Assembly: GCA_048882325.1 (NCBI GenBank)
Contig: JBHLRS010000036.1
Coordinates: forward strand, 1 to 30,922
Source: Candidatus Thorarchaeota archaeon
GTDB lineage: Archaea; Asgardarchaeota; Thorarchaeia; Thorarchaeales; Thorarchaeaceae
DNA length: 30,922 nt
Direction: 5' to 3'
A program made the translations under genes and the position numbers. This document shows positions 7,939 through 15,477 of the stretch, in pieces; the first letter of the stretch is position 1, and each line of letters opens with the position of its first letter. The notes below the pieces were generated by a model, which worked only from the letters and a program-made list of their open reading frames with translations, did no database searches and had not been told where the DNA came from.

Positions 7939-8661
7939 ATGACAGAACTTCTTCATATGAGAGATAACTATCTTAGAGAGTTTGATGCAGTAGTCGAGGT
8001 AGCAGGTGAAGACTTTGTTGTGCTCGACAGAACAGCTTTCTATCCTGAAGGTGGAGGGCAATCCACTGACCATGGTGTGCTATCAGATAGCACAAGGACA
8101 GTCAATGTTCTGGAGGTCCGGAAAGTCGAAGGTCAGATTCGACACAGGCTTGATGGACAACCTTTCAATGTGGGATCAAAAATACACGGCAAGATTGATT
8201 GGGAGCGACGATACGAAAATATGCGTTTTCACACATGCCAACATGTACTCTCAAGATATCTACAACTTCAATATAATGTAGAAACAAAAGGGAACAATAT
8301 TACTCCCGGGAAGAGTCGAGCAGACTATACCCCTCTAGAATCATTTGATGATGCTATGAAACGAGTAGTGGAAGTAGGAGTCAACGAAATTCTGGATATG
8401 AATCTCGAAGTCGAGATCAAATTCATGCCCCGTGCTGATGCGATTGCATTTCTAAAGGAACGTGATTATCAGACTAGGTATCTTGAGATGGTTCCTGAGT
8501 CCGTGCAGAATTTTAGGGTTTTGATAATTGGTGATTATGATGCAGCATCTTGTGCAGGCACTCACGTCAAGAATACGAGTGAGATTGGACACATTCAGAT
8601 TGGAAAGTCCAAGAATGTTGGAGCCGGAGTTCGCCGTATATATTTCAAACTCACCGAGTAG
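7939..8661 (+). CDS. alaXM: Alanyl-tRNA trans-editing protein AlaX-M
   Basis: LDRTAFYPEGGGQ..D.G, HTCQH (HxxxH) and CAGTH (CxxxH) Zn ligands; 240 aa. Confidence 0.93.
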   Translation: MTELLHMRDNYLREFDAVVEVAGEDFVVLDRTAFYPEGGGQSTDHGVLSDSTRTVNVLEVRKVEGQIRHRLDGQPFNVGSKIHGKIDWERRYENMRFHTCQHVLSRYLQLQYNVETKGNNITPGKSRADYTPLESFDDAMKRVVEVGVNEILDMNLEVEIKFMPRADAIAFLKERDYQTRYLEMVPESVQNFRVLIIGDYDAASCAGTHVKNTSEIGHIQIGKSKNVGAGVRRIYFKLTE

Positions 8662-8728
8662 TACCATTATACTTCACTGCCAACAGTTTTATGCGCCATA
8701 GTGCTGAGTAGAGATAGTGAGACTCACT

Positions 8729-10024
8729 ATGAAGGCACTCGTGCTAACAGCCGGGGAAGGTCAACGCCTGCGTCCCCTAACAACGAATCGATCAAAGTCT
8801 ATGCTGATGATTGCTGGACGACCCGTCCTTCAATACATAATTGACAGTCTTATTGAAAATGAGATTCGCGACATTGTCATTGTCGTAGGTCATGGCCGTG
8901 AAGAGCTTATTGATCACTTTCAGATGGGTGGAGATCAGGGTGTACGAATTCGTTACATGATTCAGCATAAACAGGAGGGTGCAGAACATGCCATCCTTAC
9001 CGCAAAAGAAGAGTTGGAGGGAGAGGACAGGTTTCTGCTTGTTAATGGTGATGTTCTCGTTGAACCTGAGATGGTACGAAGAACTCTGGCCAATCATCAG
9101 ACTCTAGGTAGTGATGTCACGATGCTAGTTACACTAGTATCGAATCCTGAGCAATTTGGTACTGTGAAAATTGGACCTAATGGTGTCGTCGAAAAGTTAG
9201 TTGAGAAAGGCGGACCAGATAGATACGTGAGTAACTATGCTGTGGCTGGAGTGTCTGTTTTCAGTACGAAGGTTCTGCCTTTGCTAGAGAAGCATGGTGC
9301 AATGGAACTAGCATTTGAGGAATTTATCCAGAATGGAGGACAGGTATCTGCCACTGTCTGGGAAAAGGAATGGGCTGAATTTACTTGGCCTTGGGATATT
9401 CTTAATGCCAATAGAATAGTCATGGACCGATTGCTAAAAGGGAAGGGAAGTTTCATTGCTGAATCTGCTGAATTACATCCAAGTGTGGTCATCGAAGGCT
9501 CAGTCTACATTGATGAAGGAAGTATCATCCGTCCCAACACAACGCTACGTGGTCCGATATTCATTGGTAAGAATGTGTATGTTGGTAACAACTCCTTGAT
9601 CCGTGATTACAGCACGCTTTGTGATGGAGTCAGGATTGGATATGCAGTTGAAATGAGGAATAGCATGGTGTTTGAACGTGTTAATGTAGGGAGAATGACC
9701 TATCTTGCTGATTCAATCATTGGCGCTGATACTTGCATCGAAGCTGGTGCACAATTGTGGAATTGGCGTCCGGGAAGTGAACCACTCTATCTCAAACAAG
9801 AGAAGGAAGAAGTGCAGATTCCTCTTCGAAAGTTTGGAGCCATAGTAGGAGACAATGTGGTCATCGGTGTTAATGCATCAATATATCCTGCCACAAGGAT
9901 TGGAGAAGATAGTATGATTTCTGCTGGATGCGTTGTACAGGAGGACATTCCTCCCCAGAGTCTTGTTTCTCTAAAACAGAAATTAGAAATCATCAAGAGA
10001 AAAGACCTGAAAGGTAGTGACTAA
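8729..10024 (+). CDS. Archaeal GlmU-like sugar-phosphate nucleotidyltransferase with left-handed beta-helix
   Basis: MKALVLTAGEGQRLRPLT..RSK, NGD, WPWDILNAN, hexapeptide repeats, RKFGAIVGDNV. ATG at 8729 preferred. Confidence 0.9.
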   Translation: MKALVLTAGEGQRLRPLTTNRSKSMLMIAGRPVLQYIIDSLIENEIRDIVIVVGHGREELIDHFQMGGDQGVRIRYMIQHKQEGAEHAILTAKEELEGEDRFLLVNGDVLVEPEMVRRTLANHQTLGSDVTMLVTLVSNPEQFGTVKIGPNGVVEKLVEKGGPDRYVSNYAVAGVSVFSTKVLPLLEKHGAMELAFEEFIQNGGQVSATVWEKEWAEFTWPWDILNANRIVMDRLLKGKGSFIAESAELHPSVVIEGSVYIDEGSIIRPNTTLRGPIFIGKNVYVGNNSLIRDYSTLCDGVRIGYAVEMRNSMVFERVNVGRMTYLADSIIGADTCIEAGAQLWNWRPGSEPLYLKQEKEEVQIPLRKFGAIVGDNVVIGVNASIYPATRIGEDSMISAGCVVQEDIPPQSLVSLKQKLEIIKRKDLKGSD

Positions 10025-10683
10025 TCCTCTTTCATTTCGAACTCTCCTATCATAATCTCATCTGCATACACATATGTAACGTTGTTTCGTTCAAGCAATT
10101 TGATATCAGGGTTCTCCATACTCTTGGGCAACATGAATTTGTAACCCTGGATTGTTACAGTCCGTTCTCTTACATTGTTGACAATTGCCACATCATGATT
10201 CATAGAGATTGGATTTGGAGGTTTCGAAGGAATAAGATGAAGCTCTGAGAGAAGCGCATCTAGATGTTGAAGCTCAATCTCAGTCAGCTCTACTCTTATT
10301 GATGCATATCCAAGGTATCGGTCTTTTCCATGTAGTATCATGTGGTCCTCATACTTTCCAGCGAATAATCTCTCCACAGCTAAGAACGGACCGAGTCCGC
10401 GAGATATAGAGTCCATATCTGTTTTGAGTTCACTTGTCTTCCCTCTCTTCTGCGATGGATGACTTAGCTCGTGAGAAATCAGACCTATAACGCATGCTTC
10501 GGGCCACGCTTTGACTTCATTATTTATCCTGATTGAAATGCTACCAACCACATCGTCCCATTCAATTTGTGCAAAACTTGAGGTCTTACCCCATGAAACC
10601 GATACACTAGCTTGCTGAAGTTCAGGATATACTGAAACGATGAGCCTTTCTGTCAGACTAAGAATGTTAAGAGATGTGGTCAA
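10021..10683 (-). CDS. Hypothetical protein with HExxH zincin-like motif
   Basis: IGLISHELSH followed by ELKTD..SISRG, a possible third-ligand Glu helix. Confidence 0.7.
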   Translation of the reverse strand: MTTSLNILSLTERLIVSVYPELQQASVSVSWGKTSSFAQIEWDDVVGSISIRINNEVKAWPEACVIGLISHELSHPSQKRGKTSELKTDMDSISRGLGPFLAVERLFAGKYEDHMILHGKDRYLGYASIRVELTEIELQHLDALLSELHLIPSKPPNPISMNHDVAIVNNVRERTVTIQGYKFMLPKSMENPDIKLLERNNVTYVYADEIMIGEFEMKED

Positions 10684-10797
10684 TCCATAAATTACCCCAG
10701 TTTCTTCTTAGAGAAAACCAACAAATGAGCATCTTTAAAAGTCAAACCCAAGTTTTCGGCGTGAACCTAGTAACAGGTATCTAGGAGAGTAATTACT

Positions 10798-11685
10798 ATC
10801 AGCCGTAAGAAGTGGGGTAAATCAGCCGCTAAAACCGAGAGAATAGTCCGAGATGCAATTCCCAAACCAGAAGCTCAATCAGGAATAGAGGAGTATCTTC
10901 AGAAGGCAAAATCTGTGACATGTTATGATCTTGCCAATCGGTTCAATATCAGGATGAGTATCGCCCGTAAGATCCTAAGAGATAAGGAAGTAGAGGGAGT
11001 AATAGTCCCTTACATACGAGAGGGTGGATTTGTTGTATATACAACTCCTTCAGAATTAGAGAAGCGAGAACGCGGCGCCCCTATAATGGTAGCTGATGCC
11101 CTAGAAGAGATTGCATCAAACGTTCCAAAAGAACCGGTCATCACTGAGGAAATGGATATTGCTCTTGCAGCTGCATCCAATCCTGATGTTGTAAAGCCAA
11201 GTAAGCTTGCTCGTAAACGTAGAGAGGCTGGTGAGAAGAAGGAGCGTAAGGATACAAGACCTGAGGTCATTGTTGAGCCACTAGAACCTATTGAACCTCA
11301 ACCTGCCCCAGTAATGGAAATTGAGGAAAAGCCCAAGAAGAAGGCAGCTCCCAAGAAGAAGTCTGAGAAGAAGAAAGCAGCTCCCAAGAAGACAACCAAG
11401 AAGAAGACTGAGGAGAAGAAAGCAGCTCCTAAGAAGACAACCAAGAAGAAGACTGAGGAGAAGAAAGCAGCTCCCAAGAAGACAACCAAGAAGAAGTCTG
11501 AGGAGGAGAAAGCAGCTCCTAAGAAGACAACCAAGAAGAAGTCTGAGGAGGAGAAAGCAGCTCCTAAGAAGACAACCAAGAAGAAGTCTGAGGAGGAGAA
11601 GGCGGCTCCCAAGAAGACCACGAAGAAGAAGACTGAAGAGAAGAAAGCAGCTCCCAAGAAAAAGGCTTCAAAGAAGAAAGATTGA
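10798..11685 (+). CDS. rps25e: 30S ribosomal protein eS25 with long Lys/Ala/Pro-rich C-terminal extension; apparent non-canonical (ATC/ATT) start
   Basis: The in-frame sequence upstream of 10915 reads SRKKWGKS...YLQKAKSVTCYDLANRFNIRMSIARKILRD...GVI...FVVYT, matching eS25 (KKKWSK...ITP..VSERLKI..SLAR.AL..L...G.I...IYT). There is an in-frame TAA at 10771 and no ATG/GTG/TTG before the KKW motif; AGGAG SD at 10783-10787. Confidence 0.85.
   Translation: MSRKKWGKSAAKTERIVRDAIPKPEAQSGIEEYLQKAKSVTCYDLANRFNIRMSIARKILRDKEVEGVIVPYIREGGFVVYTTPSELEKRERGAPIMVADALEEIASNVPKEPVITEEMDIALAAASNPDVVKPSKLARKRREAGEKKERKDTRPEVIVEPLEPIEPQPAPVMEIEEKPKKKAAPKKKSEKKKAAPKKTTKKKTEEKKAAPKKTTKKKTEEKKAAPKKTTKKKSEEEKAAPKKTTKKKSEEEKAAPKKTTKKKSEEEKAAPKKTTKKKTEEKKAAPKKKASKKKD
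11335..11682 (+). repeat. Coding 45-bp tandem repeat (xxKAAPKKTTKKK[T/S]E); 8 KAAPKK units, 6 complete
   Basis: Near-identical units ...aaagcagctcc(c/t)aagaagacaaccaagaagaag(a/t)ctgag... are directly visible. Confidence 0.95.
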
Positions 11686-11778
11686 TTCTTGTCAAGACAA
11701 AAACACGCTTCCCAATCTGCATCATAAAATGAGTTTGGACATGCTTCAATGTAAATAGAACAAGAAAGATAGTTTTGT

Positions 11779-11820
11779 CTCGCACTCTTTACCAAAGACT
11801 CGAAGAGCCTCGAGTGCGAG
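11779..11820. terminator. Inverted repeat between convergent genes (possible terminator or structured 3' end)
   Basis: CTCGCACTC (11779-11787) and GAGTGCGAG (11812-11820) form a perfect 9-bp stem. Confidence 0.35.
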
Positions 11821-11849
11821 CCAAATCGGATATTATGGATAAACCCGGT

Positions 11850-12434
11850 CTACTTCAAAGCAGCAATCTGTTTGTCAACGTCCTCAAGTTGAGTGTCAAG
11901 TTCAGATTCTTTGGTCTTATACTCATCTTCAGGAATGTACCCTCGCATGTAATCAAAGCGTAGGTCAGTCAGTTGAGCTTTCAATCTGTCTTTTTGCTGC
12001 AGCAAGAAATCCAACTGATCGTTACCCGCAGCTGGTGCAGTATCAGCCGCAGCAGGTTCTGGAGCGGGTTCTACAGCTGGTTCAGGTGTAGTTTCAGCAA
12101 CTGGTTCTGGGGTAGGTTCAGGCACAGCCTCTGGGGCTGGCGCTGGCGGAACCTCCGGCGCGGGCGCCGGTTCAGGAGTTGCTGCCGGTGCCGGAGTGTC
12201 AACTTTTGGGGCTTCTGTCTTGACGCTCTCCATCTTCTCCATATTTTTCCGCAGTGTATCAATCTGATTGGCTATCTCCGTGAAGCTGTCATTGATCGTT
12301 TGGTTGATTGACATCTTCATCTTGGCGAAGTTTTCTGCCAAGTTGTCTGCAAGCCTCTTTGTCTCCGCAACATTCTCGGCGAAGCCTTCAATTTCTTTGA
12401 GTTTTTCCATTATACCTTCCAAATCAAAGGACAT
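11850..12434 (-). CDS. Coiled-coil + Pro/Ala/Glu linker + C-terminal SHOCT-like domain protein
   Basis: N-terminal heptads, PAPEPA-type linker, and LTDLRFDYMRGYIPEDEYKTKESEL (SHOCT-like L..L....G.I.EEEY..K); GGTGA SD. Confidence 0.8.
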   Translation of the reverse strand: MSFDLEGIMEKLKEIEGFAENVAETKRLADNLAENFAKMKMSINQTINDSFTEIANQIDTLRKNMEKMESVKTEAPKVDTPAPAATPEPAPAPEVPPAPAPEAVPEPTPEPVAETTPEPAVEPAPEPAAADTAPAAGNDQLDFLLQQKDRLKAQLTDLRFDYMRGYIPEDEYKTKESELDTQLEDVDKQIAALK

Positions 12435-12525
12435 AGTTAGTCACCTATAGGGCGGCTGTTAACAATGACAAACTCTTGATTGGTTCTTAACCTTTGCCTT
12501 GACGGATATGCGAAAAGTATACATT

Positions 12526-13377
12526 TTATGCTACTTTTGCCTCTGCCTTGCCCTCTAATATTGCTCTTCTAATGATTTGAATGAGTCTATCTCTGTACGA
12601 GATATCAATAGCAACAAGCTCATAGGTTGGTATCCCAAGTATCTGTCCGACCCGTTCAGGAGTAAGAGCTGTCGGTAGGTCCTGTTTGTTAGCTATACCA
12701 ATCACCTTCGCATCAGGCACCTCATCTTTTACAAGGGTCACCAACTTCTTGCTTCTCAAGACATTCTCAAGAGTACTATCGGTTACGATAATTACAACCT
12801 GGGCATTCGCAATCATCTTTGCCCAAAGTATACTGAATCGCGACTGACCTGCCAAGTCCCAGAGGACAATGTTTGCGTTCTCAACCTCTTCTGGTAGCTT
12901 CTTTATCGATACACCAATGGTTGGGTCATGAACAAGTGGTAGGGTTTCTCCACGAAGTAGATGAAGGGTAGTTGTCTTACCAACTCCTGCAAAACCAAGA
13001 ATTGCTACCTTTACCATTGTGACTGCAATCTCATCGACCTTTTCATCAAATCCATCAAGAGGTTGATTTGCTTGTGCGAGGTTTGCATAGTCTCTCATGA
13101 ATGAATCAACTAGCTGATCCATTTTTTCTTCGATTTGTGTTGAGTCATCGGCTTTGTCTGCAACGAACATGAAAGTGAAGTTCTCCCTCTGTGCGAAGAA
13201 GATTCGTGATATAGCCACGTTCATGAACTCCGTTTTGTTCTCAAGATCGACAGTTCTCAGATAGTTTGTGAGATTGATCAGAAACTCAACCAAGTCCGTC
13301 TTCGACTCGCTCTTGGCATAATCCTTGGAATAAAGCATGTTGCCTTGTTCACCAAGCACATAGACGCTTCTGATCAT
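12526..13377 (-). CDS. Longin-domain + Arf-like small GTPase fusion
   Basis: N-terminus MIRSVYVLGEQGNMLYSKDY resembles AP-sigma/SRX longin domains. G1 GFAGVGKTT, switch I PTIG, G3 WDLAGQSRF..LW, G4 NKQD. Confidence 0.92.
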   Translation of the reverse strand: MIRSVYVLGEQGNMLYSKDYAKSESKTDLVEFLINLTNYLRTVDLENKTEFMNVAISRIFFAQRENFTFMFVADKADDSTQIEEKMDQLVDSFMRDYANLAQANQPLDGFDEKVDEIAVTMVKVAILGFAGVGKTTTLHLLRGETLPLVHDPTIGVSIKKLPEEVENANIVLWDLAGQSRFSILWAKMIANAQVVIIVTDSTLENVLRSKKLVTLVKDEVPDAKVIGIANKQDLPTALTPERVGQILGIPTYELVAIDISYRDRLIQIIRRAILEGKAEAKVA

Positions 13378-14483
13378 TCGGGTTCACCACAGTTCTGAAT
13401 CAAGAGTTCAAGATGCCTGCGTGCAACTTGAGCTGTTATTTCTTTTTCTGATACCTTCTTCTTAATTCTTGGCAATACATATTCAGGAATGAATGACTCT
13501 ATTCTGGGGTTTGTGAGAAGGGCCCAGATGTCTTCCTCCTCGAATCGGACAACTACCTTCTCAGCCTCAAGTGACCAAAGCACCTTCTTTACGATAGACT
13601 CAGGAAGTGCTGTCTTCAATGAAATTTCTGATGCAGAGAGTGGTTCGGGTCGCAAGGCATCAAGAACCATGTAATTTAGGCTGTCTGCTAGAAGCTTGGA
13701 GATCTTCTCTCTGTCCTCAAGAATGGGGGAATTTGGATCACTAACTGGTAAGGTCGGATTATATCCCTTGTTCGGAGGGGGTGGCGAGAAGAAGGTTGTG
13801 ACAAACTCTTTGTACCTATCAGAGATAGCCGGGAGTGTATGACTGGCTTTCTTAACTGATTCGACAGGAGGAGCACGATAGCCAAAGATATCCTTCACAA
13901 GAAACACCATTTCTGATGCCTTTCCAACTAGCTCAACTTTCACAACACCTGAGTTCATCAAAGGTGCCATTGCTTCACGAAGGTCTACTTCATCCTGAAC
14001 TTGGTTCTTCAACCAAATTGAGAGCTTTGCGGCCTTCTCCACACCTTCGGATTGCATTCTTTCTAAGAGAAGTGCTGAGGATGGTGTTAGAAATATCTGA
14101 GCAAGTTTTTGTTCTTCACTTGTCTTCTCCAAGATACTTCCTGCTTTGACGATCTCTTCAAGGTTCACTGCATCTGCATCCTCACCCATGAGAGCTAAAA
14201 TGAGTCGTCCGGAACCTGCAAGACCTTCCTGAGCGAGGTCGAAATCCTCCTCTGCTCTGAGGATCGTACAGACCATCCATTTTGGATATTGGGGCGTACT
14301 GAAGATAGCTATTCTTAACCCTTCTATTTCTGCGAGACTAAGATTCTCCTTGTCCTCTTTCTGCTGCTCATAGAATATCAGGTTCAGAACCTTCTCATTG
14401 AGTGTTAGTGTAGAGGGGTACCTCTGCTTGACAAGGAACCCTTGAAAGTCATCAAGATGAACCACAAATGTTGCTTCTGGCAT
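13374..14483 (-). CDS. Longin/uDENN-like N-terminal domain + winged-helix protein
   Basis: Start moved to ATG 14483 (GAGGG SD). FVVHLDDFQGFLVKQRYP resembles the uDENN/longin F-D-x3-G-x5-YP start. C-terminal LSASEISLKTALPESIVKKVLWSLEAEKVV is wHTH-like. ATGA overlap with the GTPase gene. Confidence 0.72.
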   Translation of the reverse strand: MPEATFVVHLDDFQGFLVKQRYPSTLTLNEKVLNLIFYEQQKEDKENLSLAEIEGLRIAIFSTPQYPKWMVCTILRAEEDFDLAQEGLAGSGRLILALMGEDADAVNLEEIVKAGSILEKTSEEQKLAQIFLTPSSALLLERMQSEGVEKAAKLSIWLKNQVQDEVDLREAMAPLMNSGVVKVELVGKASEMVFLVKDIFGYRAPPVESVKKASHTLPAISDRYKEFVTTFFSPPPPNKGYNPTLPVSDPNSPILEDREKISKLLADSLNYMVLDALRPEPLSASEISLKTALPESIVKKVLWSLEAEKVVVRFEEEDIWALLTNPRIESFIPEYVLPRIKKKVSEKEITAQVARRHLELLIQNCGEPE

Positions 14484-14612
14484 GTGCCGTCCCTCTTGGA
14501 GGTTGTAATTTTGACATAAATGTTTGACCCTCATGTATGCCATTGTGCAAATGCGTTTCTTTCGTCCCAAATAACAATTATGAACTGAAATTGTGATGCT
14601 ATTGAACTCTGC

Positions 14613-14914
14613 CTATTGCATTAGAATCAGAATTATGACCAATGCAATCGTGGCACCCATACCTAATCACGTTACATAACCTAAATTCGGGAATTCATGA
14701 TTGGAGGTTGTAGGGGTTGTGGGAGTTGTCGAATTCAGTTCTTCTACAACCGTCACAGTCGCATTGTCATAGTTTCTACCAAAAACCGCCTCTGCATTAG
14801 ACAGTCCTGTCCCGCAAGAAAAAATTCTTGGTTATTAATCTGAGAATGATCAGCAAACTGAAGTGGAACTAATAATAACGAGATTAAAGTGGCGAGTACC
14901 ACTACTCTGTTCAC
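14613..14914 (-). pseudogene. Remnant of a secreted, membrane-anchored surface protein
   Basis: GTG 14914 starts a signal-peptide-like MNRVVVLATLISLLLVPLQFA. A different frame gives RNYDNATVTVVEELNSTTPTTPTTSN...GYVT*LGMGATIALVIILILMQ*, i.e. a Thr/Pro linker and TM anchor with an internal TGA at 14669-14667. Confidence 0.55.
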
Positions 14915-15000
14915 TTGACATTCATCCCTCTTACAATTATTCTTCCTAATTTTCATTCTTAGTTTTTTTATAATGCAAAGATTTGTGGACGCTTCTAGTA

Positions 15001-15366
15001 CTAATCATGATTCTTTCCACTTTCTTCTAGATGAAGCAAACACAGAATATCTCCGTTGGGATTTAGAATCCAGCAATCATCACATACCACCAACTTGCAC
15101 TCGACACATGTTCCAACATGTTGATTGAAGGTCGCCAGCTGATTCAACTCTGCTCCGACACCATGTTCTTTGCAAAAGCCCTGTCCGCATTGAGAACACA
15201 CAACCTGTTGGTGTCTGTCACAGATACTACAAGTCTTCGTGGCTCGAAAATCTAGATTGGATTCTTTCTCAAACTCTGAGCACGAGGCATTCCTACAAGG
15301 ACCAACACCCTTGTATTTGCCACACTGCTGACACATAGGTAGCAGAAATGGGTCTTCTCTTGACAT
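15001..15366 (-). CDS. Multi-zinc-finger protein (B-box/AN1-like)
   Basis: CQQC...C....C; CSIC..H....CSQCGQGFCKEH; CVEC...VCDDC.........CLLH. Start ATG 15366 preferred. Confidence 0.8.
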   Translation of the reverse strand: MSREDPFLLPMCQQCGKYKGVGPCRNASCSEFEKESNLDFRATKTCSICDRHQQVVCSQCGQGFCKEHGVGAELNQLATFNQHVGTCVECKLVVCDDCWILNPNGDILCLLHLEESGKNHD

Positions 15367-15477
15367 TTTCATCTTCCACGAAACCTGCAATCAATGCTAA
15401 GGCGCGTTCAAAACTGTTATCGGTTATCCATAAGAAAGTATGAAAAGCATTCCCATGACTTCAACATAGGAATCACG

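Noticed and set aside
11335-11682. CRISPR array
   Set aside because: Contiguous in-frame 45-bp coding repeats with no unique spacers and no cas genes.
11298-11795. Poly-Arg (11321-11758 +) and hydrophobic (11298-11795 -) ORFs
   Set aside because: Alternative-frame shadows of the Lys-rich eS25 repeat.
14667-14669. Selenocysteine codon
   Set aside because: Lies just before a TM anchor in a frame with no start codon and no redox motif; more likely a nonsense mutation.
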